Part shown: positions 29,218 to 39,897 of the stretch, piece after piece
Numbering within the stretch: position 1 is the stretch's first letter
Layout of the letters: every line of letters begins with the position of its first letter
Source of the DNA: a virus
IMG/VR virus record: IMGVR_UViG_3300020182_000007
Length of the DNA: 64,000 nt
Strand: one strand, 5' to 3'
Translations under genes and position numbers: made by a program
Notes under the pieces: generated by a model
Seen by the model: only the letters and a program-made list of their open reading frames with translations
Databases searched by the model: none
Told to the model about the DNA's origin: nothing

Positions 29218-30009
29218 TTAATAAAACAATCCAGTATAGTCACTGTGGACCCATGGTGCAGCATCTAATAGTTTTTGAGAATCCCATTCAATTTGTGTAG
29301 AAAGTTCTACGCTATTATAACCCGGATATTGTATTTGATCTGTATTTCCATCAATAGCTCTCCAATCGTTTCTATTTACGCTAAGCGCGTAATCCATAAA
29401 TTTAAAGTCTCCACCTACTACTTTATTAGAAAACCTAATCCTAGCATTAGGAATTCCATATGCGTCTGCTGCTATTAATCCATGTAGACTTGAACTTAAA
29501 ACCTTTTCTACTCTGTGTAATTGATCCACGAATTGCTTTTTACCAGCTAATATATTGATAACTTTAAATCCTCTCTTTTGTAACTGGATCACACCTGGGT
29601 GATATTTATCAACATAATGAGCTATTACTCCCCATTCATGTGTTTTCTCTATATTTTCTGGAGTATAAATTTGTGGATATAAAAGTGCTGGATCTCCATA
29701 TATTTCTGGACATTCTATCTTATGTTTTAATAGTTCATCTCTAGTTTTAGGTCCTCTAACTGCAAAGATTCGCGCTAGTCCAGCATTTCCTATTACACCT
29801 GGTGTTATGATTCCAGTACCCCAAACCATGTCATTTGGTTTTACAGCGTTCATGACGCTTCCAACACTTACTAATTTTGGAGAATCATTATTTTCGTTAG
29901 TCTCTTGAATATTAGTACTTTTTGAAAAGTGAGATATGATATCGGGAGCTATTATGTCTCCCCAATTCATTGAACAATCGTTTGGGTTTTTATAAAAGTA
30001 TGACTTCAT
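29218..30009 (-). CDS. Polysaccharide pyruvyl transferase family protein
   Basis: NWGD, VGSV, VWGTG, AVRGPKTR, GDPALL, SSSLHG, FKFMDY. Confidence 0.9.
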   Translation of the reverse strand: MKSYFYKNPNDCSMNWGDIIAPDIISHFSKSTNIQETNENNDSPKLVSVGSVMNAVKPNDMVWGTGIITPGVIGNAGLARIFAVRGPKTRDELLKHKIECPEIYGDPALLYPQIYTPENIEKTHEWGVIAHYVDKYHPGVIQLQKRGFKVINILAGKKQFVDQLHRVEKVLSSSLHGLIAADAYGIPNARIRFSNKVVGGDFKFMDYALSVNRNDWRAIDGNTDQIQYPGYNSVELSTQIEWDSQKLLDAAPWVHSDYTGLFY

Positions 30010-31250
30010 GTAATATTATTAATTAATTCTCTAGCCTGTATTATATTATCTTCAATAGAACAATAAGTCCACGAACCATACCTTCCTATAGAATATATTC
30101 CTTTTTTATTAAAATTTTTACAAAATGTTTTATATGATTTTTCACTTTCTTTTGTTATGTGAACATACGCAGGATCCATAATAATGAATTGATGATCTAT
30201 TAGATTATGATTTGTAATTACTCCAGCTTTACTAAGATCCTTTATAATTTTATCTAATAATACTTTTTCTTCTAACAATTCACCACTCTGTGCGCCGATT
30301 TCAACGTACAAACTTAACTTATCAGTACCTAAAATATTATTATAAAAACCTATACGATAAAATATTTCGTCACCTGGAAAATACCTCCAATGAGTTTTTA
30401 TATCGGTACCTTTATCGAACCCTAAATTAAAAACTGCTACTTTATTTGATGATAATTCTGAAGTAGAATCACCTGAAACCATAGGTAATATTTTATTGAA
30501 AGGCATAGTACTAATTAAAGTATTATAATGAACTTCTCCATTATCTGTATAGACTATTTTTTTATCAGAGTCGATTTTATTAGCCTTAGAATTTAACCAT
30601 ATTTTATTTTCATCTACTCTTTTTAATATAGATTTAATAAATTCAAAACTACCGTCTACTGGATAAATAAATGTTCCATTATATGATTCATAGTCGTCAG
30701 GAACTGTTATTTTTTTCATAAGTTCGTCAAACTTAATTGGCTTTGGAAAGAATCTACCCATAGCATCCGCATCTAATTTATTAAGATCGCATGCATATAA
30801 TTTTTCATTGTATGGTATTAGAAACTTTTCAGAAATTGATTTACCTGATGTAGAATTAACAAATGATTTAAAATTTTCATTATCTATATCACCCAAATGA
30901 TACATGTCCCTTAAACATTCTAAGAAATCTTCTTTTGGTAATTGGTGAATATTGTACTGAAATGGAAAATCAATAACAGTACCTTTGTAATCAATATCGG
31001 TTATTTTTTTAACGGTTACGACTTCACATGCCATTTCTGACATCATATACTTTTTTATTTCATTATTTCTAAAATGAAAGAAATGTCCGCTATAATCCCA
31101 AACAAAACCATTTCTTTTCGTGGTTTTGCAGTAGCCTCCTAATTCGCTAGCTCCCTCAAGAATTAGGTAATCAGAATCTTTTCCTAAGAACGCAGCTGTT
31201 GATAATCCAGTAATTCCACCTCCAATAATCAATGTATCTACGTTACGCAT
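30006..31250 (-). CDS. FAD-dependent oxidoreductase (UDP-galactopyranose mutase / HemY-like fold)
   Basis: IIGGGITGLS, LGGYCKT, WDYSGHFFH, YPVDG, IGRYGSWTY. Confidence 0.85.
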   Translation of the reverse strand: MRNVDTLIIGGGITGLSTAAFLGKDSDYLILEGASELGGYCKTTKRNGFVWDYSGHFFHFRNNEIKKYMMSEMACEVVTVKKITDIDYKGTVIDFPFQYNIHQLPKEDFLECLRDMYHLGDIDNENFKSFVNSTSGKSISEKFLIPYNEKLYACDLNKLDADAMGRFFPKPIKFDELMKKITVPDDYESYNGTFIYPVDGSFEFIKSILKRVDENKIWLNSKANKIDSDKKIVYTDNGEVHYNTLISTMPFNKILPMVSGDSTSELSSNKVAVFNLGFDKGTDIKTHWRYFPGDEIFYRIGFYNNILGTDKLSLYVEIGAQSGELLEEKVLLDKIIKDLSKAGVITNHNLIDHQFIIMDPAYVHITKESEKSYKTFCKNFNKKGIYSIGRYGSWTYCSIEDNIIQARELINNIT

Positions 31251-32532
31251 TATTTAATATTTCTTTTTCTAAATTATTAAAATGTTCTAGATTGGTTTTA
31301 TAATGATCTAACACATCCTTAAAGGTTTCGCAATGTTCATCATTTTCTAAAATTTCATTTATGTAACCTTTACCTTCATCTATTCGATTTGTCCAATAGC
31401 ACGCAACAGAAAGCCAATTATTAGTATAAACTCCATAAACAGTTCTATTAACAAATAACTGATAGTTTTTTTCAGCATATTCTAAGTTGCATTCTTTTGC
31501 TTTCTTTAAATAATCATATGCTAAATCATGTCTATTTTGTTGACAGCAATATTCCCCAAAGAAATAATAAGCTTCTGCCCTATCGCTAAATATATCAATT
31601 GCTTTGTCCATTTCATTTTTAATTTCTTCAAATCTATTTTCATGATCGTCTAATCTCATTAAGATTCTACTTAATCTCATTTGAGCTTCATACTGCTCTT
31701 CAATCCACGTATCTTTAAATCTTAAAAACAATCTATACCACTGTAGTGCTTTTTCCGTACAACCATCTACTTGGTAATCCATATAGCTTTGCCCTGCGTA
31801 AAATGCAGATCTGGTCAATAAACCATCAGGATCATCTATTAAACAATCCCAGAATTGTTTTGTTAATCTTTCACCATCATACCAATATTTTTTTGGATCA
31901 AACGCGCGGGATCCAATACCATCACAATTACAATGACCTCTTTCGGTAAGATCTCCTTGCGTCAGATTTTCTTTATTAGCTTTAACAATCGTATGCGCCG
32001 TTCCTAAAAATCTCCAAGTAAGATCATTTTTATAAACTACAGTTGCTTTCCATGTAGATAAACCACGGTACATTGTCATCATGTAATAATCAAAACCAGC
32101 GTCTTCATTAGTAAAATAAAAATCTTCAGAAACCCGATCATCTGCATCTAGGTGTAAAAGGTATTCAGTTTTATCTTTTACATAAGATAGCATCTTTGTT
32201 TTATTAATTGCATAACCATCCCAAGGATCAACATGCCATGAACCAGGCAACCCTGATTCATCAAAGAATTTTCTTACTACATCAAATGTGCCATCGGTAG
32301 AACCATTATCAGCTACTACTACATAGTCACAGTGCTTACCGGCATGTGCTAATGTAACACCTATACAATGTTCCTCATTTTTACACATAGTAGCAAAAGC
32401 CATACTTGGCCTATCCTTTACATCACTTACTTTTTTAGTTCCTGTAAATATAATTTTAGTAACTTTCTTTTGCTCCTTTTCTGAAAGCTGGTCCCATTCT
32501 TCAATATTAATTGTATGCTTATTATTTTTCAT
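31243..32532 (-). CDS. GT2 glycosyltransferase with TPR-like C-terminus
   Basis: MCKNEEHCI, DNGSTDGT, LHLDADD, followed by helical repeats (SAFYAGQSY, RAEAYY). Confidence 0.88.
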   Translation of the reverse strand: MKNNKHTINIEEWDQLSEKEQKKVTKIIFTGTKKVSDVKDRPSMAFATMCKNEEHCIGVTLAHAGKHCDYVVVADNGSTDGTFDVVRKFFDESGLPGSWHVDPWDGYAINKTKMLSYVKDKTEYLLHLDADDRVSEDFYFTNEDAGFDYYMMTMYRGLSTWKATVVYKNDLTWRFLGTAHTIVKANKENLTQGDLTERGHCNCDGIGSRAFDPKKYWYDGERLTKQFWDCLIDDPDGLLTRSAFYAGQSYMDYQVDGCTEKALQWYRLFLRFKDTWIEEQYEAQMRLSRILMRLDDHENRFEEIKNEMDKAIDIFSDRAEAYYFFGEYCCQQNRHDLAYDYLKKAKECNLEYAEKNYQLFVNRTVYGVYTNNWLSVACYWTNRIDEGKGYINEILENDEHCETFKDVLDHYKTNLEHFNNLEKEILNNA

Positions 32533-33841
32533 CTACTATATAATTTAAAATTTGTTCATTATCTCCCATTAAAACACCAGTCATATCATTTTGTAATTTT
32601 CCGGCTCTATTTAATTTATCAATCCAGCAGCTATCGTGCTTACCAAGTTCTTCTATTCTTTTATGAATCAATGGATCATAGTAATCCTTAATTAGTCTAG
32701 ACCTTCTATTAATATCAGTTGAGTTATTATCAACGGTTGAGTTATGATTATTAAATTGTAAATACAGCATCTTTCGAATATGTATAAACTTCGTTTCAAG
32801 AAAGGTCTTTACAATTAATTCATAATCATCGGCTACTGATACTTGTCGATTATGACCTCCAACTTTAGAATACACATCTTTTCTCCAAAGCCGAGCATGA
32901 TTTGGCATACCAATATTAAACCTAATTGTTTTTGGATTTATTTCAGGATAGTAATGTGTTAAATATCTTTGTCCATCAGCCTCTACCCAATCATGTCCGC
33001 TATATCCCCAATTAAACATATTGTCAGGATTTCCATACCATTCTCTATTAGGAGCGGTTAACCCATACGTTCTCATCTCTCCATTTTCATAAAGCTCACA
33101 GACATCAGTGTAAATAAATCCTGAATCTGGGTGTTTTTTAATAGCCAATGCGCAATCTTCAAATAGAGTAGAAATTGCCATATCGTCATGATCTAGCTCA
33201 AATAACCAATTTCCGTTACAGATACTCGCTGCCCGATGTTTTACCTCTCCGACATTCCCTCCACTAGATGGAGTAATTCGATATATTTTTACTCGATTAT
33301 CAGATTTTGCAATTTCCGTTGCAATTTCCCATGTCTTATTATGGTCTAAAGGAGAGTCGTCAACTATTATCCATTCCCAGTTTGGATAGGTCTGGTTAAG
33401 CAATCCTTGATATGCCCGCGTTAACCTTTCTTCGGTTTTGTATGTACCAGTGAAAGCGCTAAAATATGGTAAATCTGTATTGCAGAAAACACTCTGATTG
33501 ATTCTGCAACTGCTATTAGTCGATTGACATACTATATCATTTGCTAGTATATTCTGAGGTGGCTCCTCTTGATAGAAAATAGTTGCATTGTTAATTAATG
33601 TATCCCTATAGTCAAGTGTCTGCTGTATTAATCTCTGTGAGTTTTCTCCAATAACTATAATTAAATCAGCATTAACTTTCGATATTTGGTATCTAATATC
33701 AGACTCGTTAGAAAACTCAAGCCTGTGTACATTTACAAGCTCTTGTAAGTTTTCTTCATAATATACGTCCGATTTAATTTGCGAAAACCCACTATTCCCA
33801 GTTCCGTATATTATTGCAGTAGGAAGTAAAGTTTTAATCAT
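32522..33841 (-). CDS. GT2 glycosyltransferase
   Basis: QTYPNWEWIIVDDS, FELDHDD, NHARLWRK, ADDYEL. Confidence 0.9.
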   Translation of the reverse strand: MIKTLLPTAIIYGTGNSGFSQIKSDVYYEENLQELVNVHRLEFSNESDIRYQISKVNADLIIVIGENSQRLIQQTLDYRDTLINNATIFYQEEPPQNILANDIVCQSTNSSCRINQSVFCNTDLPYFSAFTGTYKTEERLTRAYQGLLNQTYPNWEWIIVDDSPLDHNKTWEIATEIAKSDNRVKIYRITPSSGGNVGEVKHRAASICNGNWLFELDHDDMAISTLFEDCALAIKKHPDSGFIYTDVCELYENGEMRTYGLTAPNREWYGNPDNMFNWGYSGHDWVEADGQRYLTHYYPEINPKTIRFNIGMPNHARLWRKDVYSKVGGHNRQVSVADDYELIVKTFLETKFIHIRKMLYLQFNNHNSTVDNNSTDINRRSRLIKDYYDPLIHKRIEELGKHDSCWIDKLNRAGKLQNDMTGVLMGDNEQILNYIVDEK

Positions 33842-33888
33842 ACAATAGCTATTTAACTATTATATGTATATTATTAAGAATGTTTCAG

Positions 33889-35844
33889 CTACGTAGTAAA
33901 ACCATGTTTAAAATGGCTTGCTGTAAGATATAGCTCTGAAATTACATAGTTAACACCATCATTTATACCTGTTGCATCTTTCTGAAAGTTCATGTATACT
34001 AGCCAACTACCTACACCAATTGCCCTAAAAATGAATCTGCCATGTCTGATGTCGGAATTTGTGTCAGATGATACAGCGTGTAGATCAGTTGAGAATACAT
34101 TGCCCGCATTAAGTTCCTTTAGCTGCATTGCAGAATTTGTAGGCACTGTTCCACTTGGTGTTTCAATTTTAAATGAATATTCTATCATGTACTCTCCAGC
34201 TTCCATAAGGTTAAGGGCTCTAAAGTTACCACCATTCAGTACGGTTCGGACGTTGTTACCAAGGCTATCATGGTCAATCCATGAATCGAATATTACATCA
34301 GTATCTCCTGTTACCTCAAGCGGCTCCGTAAGTACCATTATAGTTGGAACTCCCGTTAACTTGTTTATGGTAGACCATTGTGTGTTATAGTCAATACTGT
34401 CTATTTTTTCAAGTATTTGTCCACTAGTTCCTCCTGCCGGAGATCCAGATCCTCCGCTAGTTCCGCTAGTTCCAGGTGTTCCTACACCAACAACCTTAAC
34501 TACGTCAAACGAAAAGTTAATAGGAGTAAAATTAACTGCAGCTCCTGGAGATGTTCTTTTAAAGTAAACTCCTAATGTATCACCTACCGCTAAGTCAACT
34601 AGCTCCGTTATACCAAACGAACCAATTTTACCAGAATCAAACTCGCGTCTAACTTCAGTTGAAGCTATCGGAAGACCATTTAATTCAATTACGCACCAAA
34701 CATCTGTATTATTAGTATCTACTTCTAAAGACAATTGAACATTTATCTGATATACTCCTGCATACCTAATATTAGGAGCAAACGTTGAAGCTGCAGATCC
34801 AGTACCTGCAACATGCTTTAATTCACTTACTTCTCCAAGAGTTTCAGTATTCCAACCTTCATACGTGTTAAGGGCAAGAAGTCTTGGTGCTCCATTTATT
34901 TCAAACATCTGACCATATGCTACGCCGCCTGTTAGGATTCCACTTGTTCCATCAACTCCAGAAGTTCCATCAACTCCAGAAGTTCCATCAACTCCAGAAG
35001 TTCCATCAACTCCAGAAGTTCCATCAACTCCAGAAGTTCCATCAATTCCAGAAGTTCCATCAATTCCAGAAGTTCCATCAATTCCAGAAGTTCCATGAGT
35101 ACCTAAAAAAGTTCCATCAACTCCTGAAGTACCTGAAGTACCATCTTTACCTGAAGTACCTGCAACTCCTGTTTTACCACTTGTTCCATTAGCACCGTCG
35201 CTTCCGTCTGTTCCGCTTGTTCCGCTTGTTCCACTTGATCCAAAAAACTCTCCAGGCTTTCCAGGCTCTCCCTGCTCTCCCTGCTCTCCCTGCTCTCCAT
35301 CAGTACCTGAAGTTCCATGAGTACCTAAAAAAGCTCCATCAATTCCCGGTTCTCCTTGTGCACCATCTGTTCCGCTTGTTCCACTTGATCCAAAAAACTC
35401 TCCAGGTAATCCGGGAGCACCGACAGAACCGTCTGTTCCGCTTGTTCCATCAGTACCGTCGTTTCCAGCAGCACCGTCGCTTCCGTCTGTTCCGCTTGTT
35501 CCATGTGTCCCAAAAAAAGTTCCATCAACTCCTGACGTTCCAGAAGTTCCAGAAGTTCCGTCAGCGTTTGGAATATCTAACGTCCATTCATATGTACCAT
35601 TAGTTTCTGTAAATTTTAGATACTTTTCAACCTGTGTAGATTCAATAAAATTAGCTACTTTATAGTTTTTAATTGTCTCGTCTGAAAGTTCTAAATTGTA
35701 GTCCATTTCATCATGCGACAATGGTCTTCCTAATAATCCCGGAAGAAGTGGCATCCATTGTCCATTTATACCAGTATACATAGATGCTGGTATACCCTTT
35801 TGTTGAAATAAGATAGCGTATTGTTGTAATGTCTTTCTTGCCAT
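33889..35844 (-). CDS. Collagen-like Ser/Thr-rich fibre protein with beta-rich C-terminal head
   Basis: N-terminal [13 protein letters not shown] fibre-anchor-like motif, long GTSGxDG Gly-X-Y region, BclA/C1q-like C-terminal beta domain. Confidence 0.88.
   Translation of the reverse strand: MARKTLQQYAILFQQKGIPASMYTGINGQWMPLLPGLLGRPLSHDEMDYNLELSDETIKNYKVANFIESTQVEKYLKFTETNGTYEWTLDIPNADGTSGTSGTSGVDGTFFGTHGTSGTDGSDGAAGNDGTDGTSGTDGSVGAPGLPGEFFGSSGTSGTDGAQGEPGIDGAFLGTHGTSGTDGEQGEQGEQGEPGKPGEFFGSSGTSGTSGTDGSDGANGTSGKTGVAGTSGKDGTSGTSGVDGTFLGTHGTSGIDGTSGIDGTSGIDGTSGVDGTSGVDGTSGVDGTSGVDGTSGVDGTSGILTGGVAYGQMFEINGAPRLLALNTYEGWNTETLGEVSELKHVAGTGSAASTFAPNIRYAGVYQINVQLSLEVDTNNTDVWCVIELNGLPIASTEVRREFDSGKIGSFGITELVDLAVGDTLGVYFKRTSPGAAVNFTPINFSFDVVKVVGVGTPGTSGTSGGSGSPAGGTSGQILEKIDSIDYNTQWSTINKLTGVPTIMVLTEPLEVTGDTDVIFDSWIDHDSLGNNVRTVLNGGNFRALNLMEAGEYMIEYSFKIETPSGTVPTNSAMQLKELNAGNVFSTDLHAVSSDTNSDIRHGRFIFRAIGVGSWLVYMNFQKDATGINDGVNYVISELYLTASHFKHGFTT
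34947..35094 (-). repeat. 18-bp tandem coding repeat x8 (GTSGVD x5, GTSGID x3)
   Basis: ttccatcaa(c/t)tccagaag repeated. Confidence 0.9.
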
Positions 35845-35845
35845 G

Positions 35846-36403
35846 TTAGCAGTTCTTCTTTTTTATTCCTGGAAAATCAGGTCTTTTGGTTTTTATATAA
35901 TATTTATCAATTAAATCTTCGTATGCCTTATTCTTTGTCTGATCTATATAATCACATGGATTAATATATGTTGAATTCGGATTAATATATGTAAAACAAA
36001 CATATTTGACAAAAATACCATTAAGAGTTGACGTTAATTTAAACAATGTGTTTAACGTATTTGTTGTTATGTCATTTACTCTATTACTTTTTGCAGATTG
36101 AAAATTCTCTCTAATATTATTAATAAAGATCTTTTCTTCTCCATTTGTAATCGTAAAATTTAATAAGCTAGCAACACTTTCATCACATGTATAGCATTCG
36201 CATTCCGGATTGTCTAGTTTTATAAATGGATAGTTATCTACTATGAACTTTTTTAATGAATCAATAGAATCAAACCTAGGTATAGTTTTAGATCCACGCT
36301 TAGATACCATGTTAATTAAAACTGAGCTAACTTTGCTTTCGTTAGCCTCTATTTCCTTTAAGGCATCGTATATATTAATAAGAGTTATACGTTCGAATAC
36401 CAT
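35846..36403 (-). CDS. Hypothetical protein
   Basis: 185-aa ORF coupled to neighbours. Confidence 0.65.
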   Translation of the reverse strand: MVFERITLINIYDALKEIEANESKVSSVLINMVSKRGSKTIPRFDSIDSLKKFIVDNYPFIKLDNPECECYTCDESVASLLNFTITNGEEKIFINNIRENFQSAKSNRVNDITTNTLNTLFKLTSTLNGIFVKYVCFTYINPNSTYINPCDYIDQTKNKAYEDLIDKYYIKTKRPDFPGIKKKNC

Positions 36404-36789
36404 TATTTTTTAGCTAAAATATTAGTTAAGATATACGCAATAAGACCAGCTCCTGTAGTAAATAGAACCCAAAACGCTTTAGAAAAACTACTCTTCCATT
36501 TTACAAGGTCTCTGTGATCTTCTAGTACCTTTTCAATTTCTTTTTGCTTCTTTTCGTGAAATTGTCTAAACTCAGTGTTCTTTCTAATTTCAACAATTGC
36601 ACCATCATACGGGTTTAATAACCTTAACTTAAGATCAGTCATGTTATCTTTCATCTCCTCCTGATTTTTGATTAACTGTTGGATAGAAGTGTCTAGCTGA
36701 ATGTAATTAGGATCTTCCATTCTCTGTTTTAGGCTAGAAAACGATTCGATCAATTCGCTTACTAATTCTTCATTACTTTTAGACGACAT
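36403..36789 (-). CDS. Coiled-coil protein with C-terminal TM helix
   Basis: Heptad-rich body, AFWVLFTTGAGLIAYIL; GATATATA motif upstream. Confidence 0.7.
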   Translation of the reverse strand: MSSKSNEELVSELIESFSSLKQRMEDPNYIQLDTSIQQLIKNQEEMKDNMTDLKLRLLNPYDGAIVEIRKNTEFRQFHEKKQKEIEKVLEDHRDLVKWKSSFSKAFWVLFTTGAGLIAYILTNILAKK

Positions 36790-36822
36790 AATAGTATATT
36801 GCTTTTCTTTTATATATCAAAG

Positions 36823-36851
36823 AAAAAGGACAGCATATTCTGCTGTCCTTT
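36823..36851 (-). terminator. Rho-independent terminator
   Basis: aaaggacagca-tattc-tgctgtccttt with a T-run on the minus strand. Confidence 0.75.
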
Positions 36852-36878
36852 AAATAATACTACTAAATTTGTTGTAAA

Positions 36879-39029
36879 CTAGTTAATGTACATGTTTAAT
36901 TCATATTTATTTCCCATACCATATATTTGAACGTGTACTGCCTTCTTTTGTTCTTTACCGTTTTTATATAATGCTAGAGTATCTTTCTTAGTCTGTCCAT
37001 CTTTTGGTTTAAAGAATCCATCAACGTATGCATTTCCATACTCTCCATTGTCTAGATCGTAACCCATCTTATTAGCATATTTCTCAACCTCATCAATTGC
37101 AGATGAATATTGATTGTGATAAACTTGAAAATCGCTTTTTGATTCATTCAAGAATTGATCTAGTTTAAGAACATGTTTTAAACTTAATGATTCACTTAAA
37201 CCTTTAGTCCAGCTAGAATCTATTTTATATCCATCTAACCATTCTTGAATTTCAGCAAGAGTACCTCTTTTTATTGTAGTGATTGCATTAGAGTATATGC
37301 TAGCATCTTTCTTCATTACATCAAGTTCCCATCTCTTTTTACCAGAAACATATTGTAAATCATATCCCTTTCCTGTTTTAGGATCTGTATATATTGCTGA
37401 TGTTTTACCTTCAGTAACTACCGATCCATCTACTTTCTGGATAATCCATTCTTTCTTTTTTGCAGCAAATTTCTTAGCTAAATGTATTGGCAAATTATTG
37501 TCTACTACTTTACCTGAATTTTTATTAATAACATTATACCTTTCTATGTCCTGATCAATTGTAGTAACTCCTGATTCACTAAGACCTAATGATTTATTAA
37601 CTAGATCTTCAATAACACTAGAATAATCGTCATTCAAGGCCCATTTAATTGTTTGACCTTCACTTCTTGCTTTTTTGTTTATCCATTTAAGGTGTGCTGC
37701 ATCAGTAAGAAATTCAGAAGCTTCTTTTGCAATTCCTTTTGGATCCTTTTTCCATTCTTCAATCGTAGTACCAAAGTTATTACCTACTGTAGCGCCATTG
37801 GTTCTTTTAAGATTATTGATTCCACCGATCTTAATGTATATGTCATTATTAATAGGCATTGCCTCAAAGAAAACTACATCTCTTTCTTCTGGGTTGTTTT
37901 CACCAGATACTTGATCGATAGCATAAGTACTATGAACTCTCCAAGTAGTTTCGCCTTTTACATTATATGCCGCTGAGAATGTATTTGAACCAAATTCAGA
38001 AGCTTTTAACTTATATGCTTTAGCTTCGGTAACTACAGATTCTGGTAAAGGTTTTGCATCTTCATACTTTAGTTTATTATACCACTGAATTGACAGGATA
38101 TAATTATCTGCAAAACTCTTTAGATCCTTTTCACTCTTAAATGATTGACCACCAAGATTAATATCGTGTCCTTTGTAATATAGGTTATAGTGTGCTCCTC
38201 TTGAATTATCTTTTGTTTTAAGAAAAACTATTTCATCGTTTCCAATGAATTTATTTGGCATTTTACCTTCAGTAACTACTGATTCATCCAGTCCAGCTAG
38301 TTGTTTTATTTTTTTAAGAAACTCACTTGCCTTAGGTCCACCATACTGTTGTAATCTTTGTTGCACTAAATCATAGTTTGATATTACCGCTGATTCATTA
38401 CCTCTTTTAAGTGCATTCTTAATTCCAGTAATTCCGTCTTTTACATCTTTCAAATTTTGACCACTAAGACCGGTTTCTTTATAATTAAATCTAGCTTCAG
38501 TAACTACTGATTCGATTATTACCGATTTAAAATCACCAGGTAATCCTCCGTACCATCCAGACTCTTTATTACTAGGAGTTCCTTCACCATAAATGTTATC
38601 TAGAACTTTAACGTCCATTATAACTTCCCATGACTTAGTCTTAGAATCCCATCCAAAATCTTTTTTAATTGAACCTTTTTCGTCTTTAATAAATTCTACA
38701 AAACCATTATAATCATCTTCGTCTTTAAACGCTAGACCAATAGTATTCTTAGCTTCAGTAACTGCTGATTCGTTTTGAGCATCAGCCCATGCAATTTCCC
38801 AATCATCAATATCAAACTTGTAAAATCCTACTAAATCTGCTATTTTATCATTTGCCGATGGATCGTCTTCTCCTCGTTCCACTTCAGTAACATCATAATA
38901 GTTATTATTAATAAATGTTGCAAGATCTTGTTCAGATGGTCTTCTACCTAATTTAGAAATTACTTTCTTAACAGTGTTGTATTTACCAACATCTTCTCTT
39001 CGTTCCTCTATTGTCTTAATATATTTCAT
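36879..39029 (-). CDS. Putative head-packaged polyprotein with ESVVTE linkers
   Basis: Five ESVVTE-type linkers plus SES/LNE variants separating unrelated 75-200-aa modules. Confidence 0.7.
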   Translation of the reverse strand: MKYIKTIEERREDVGKYNTVKKVISKLGRRPSEQDLATFINNNYYDVTEVERGEDDPSANDKIADLVGFYKFDIDDWEIAWADAQNESAVTEAKNTIGLAFKDEDDYNGFVEFIKDEKGSIKKDFGWDSKTKSWEVIMDVKVLDNIYGEGTPSNKESGWYGGLPGDFKSVIIESVVTEARFNYKETGLSGQNLKDVKDGITGIKNALKRGNESAVISNYDLVQQRLQQYGGPKASEFLKKIKQLAGLDESVVTEGKMPNKFIGNDEIVFLKTKDNSRGAHYNLYYKGHDINLGGQSFKSEKDLKSFADNYILSIQWYNKLKYEDAKPLPESVVTEAKAYKLKASEFGSNTFSAAYNVKGETTWRVHSTYAIDQVSGENNPEERDVVFFEAMPINNDIYIKIGGINNLKRTNGATVGNNFGTTIEEWKKDPKGIAKEASEFLTDAAHLKWINKKARSEGQTIKWALNDDYSSVIEDLVNKSLGLSESGVTTIDQDIERYNVINKNSGKVVDNNLPIHLAKKFAAKKKEWIIQKVDGSVVTEGKTSAIYTDPKTGKGYDLQYVSGKKRWELDVMKKDASIYSNAITTIKRGTLAEIQEWLDGYKIDSSWTKGLSESLSLKHVLKLDQFLNESKSDFQVYHNQYSSAIDEVEKYANKMGYDLDNGEYGNAYVDGFFKPKDGQTKKDTLALYKNGKEQKKAVHVQIYGMGNKYELNMYIN

Positions 39030-39241
39030 TATATTCCTAATTTTTTATGTAAGACTTCCATAAATCCCTTGTAATTGTGAGACCCGTATTCGTCTTTTAA
39101 TACTTTACCTACTGCTAAAGCAAAATCCTCATATGACATTGAATCGTCGATTTTAATTATTGCTTTATTAATTCCCTTTGCTAATGCGTCTGATTCTTTA
39201 GATTCATTAATAAACTCGTTAAAATCTGTAGTATGTTTCAT
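39029..39241 (-). CDS. Putative internal head protein
   Basis: Leader MKHTTDFNEFINE-S. Confidence 0.65.
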   Translation of the reverse strand: MKHTTDFNEFINESKESDALAKGINKAIIKIDDSMSYEDFALAVGKVLKDEYGSHNYKGFMEVLHKKLGI

Positions 39242-39245
39242 ATAT

Positions 39246-39896
39246 TTAGTTATTCATTATGTCTGATAGTGACGCAGCGTTTCCAAATTGATAAGAATCA
39301 TTAGTTAATCCAATAGTGTCGTAATTTGTACCTTCACTATAGTCAAACATTACTCCACCATCTAATGAATTATATTGATCCATCACAAAAAACAACTCAT
39401 ATAATTCTTGGAACATTTTATCTTTAATTTTTGAATCAATCCCACTCCCACATGTTACTGCTATTAAGTAGGTTCTCCTACCACCTGGATTAAAGTTTGC
39501 TCTACCTTGAATTTCTCCGCCAACAGTAGAACTCATTGTACCAGACCATCCACCAGCTGCTCCAGTCGAAGACTGATCAACTTCATATTTTTTATACTTC
39601 TTAATTACTTTAGAAATCTTCTCTGCTAATTTAACAGAATTTCTTCCTCGAAATATATCATAATCGTCTTGTTTGTCATCACCTTGAACCATTAAGGGTT
39701 CTTTATAATTAGGTAATTTACCAGACTTAAGAGCTGCTTCAGCGTTCTTTAAAACCTTTGTATAACTACCGCCCCATTTTTCAACAGCTATTTTGGCAAT
39801 TCTAACCTTGTCTTTTAATTTAGATTTAACACCCGATTTATCAAATGAAATAGATTCTTCGTTGACAAACTCTTCAAATAGTTTTACCTTTTTCAT
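39246..39896 (-). CDS. Putative internal head protein
   Basis: Leader MKKVKLFEEFVNE-E. Confidence 0.65.
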   Translation of the reverse strand: MKKVKLFEEFVNEESISFDKSGVKSKLKDKVRIAKIAVEKWGGSYTKVLKNAEAALKSGKLPNYKEPLMVQGDDKQDDYDIFRGRNSVKLAEKISKVIKKYKKYEVDQSSTGAAGGWSGTMSSTVGGEIQGRANFNPGGRRTYLIAVTCGSGIDSKIKDKMFQELYELFFVMDQYNSLDGGVMFDYSEGTNYDTIGLTNDSYQFGNAASLSDIMNN

Positions 39897-39897
39897 A

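Noticed and set aside
34884-35603. Repetitive ORFs 34884..35192, 35103..35318, 35217..35603 and 35325..35528
   Set aside because: Alternative-frame or antisense shadows of the collagen-like gene 33889..35844.
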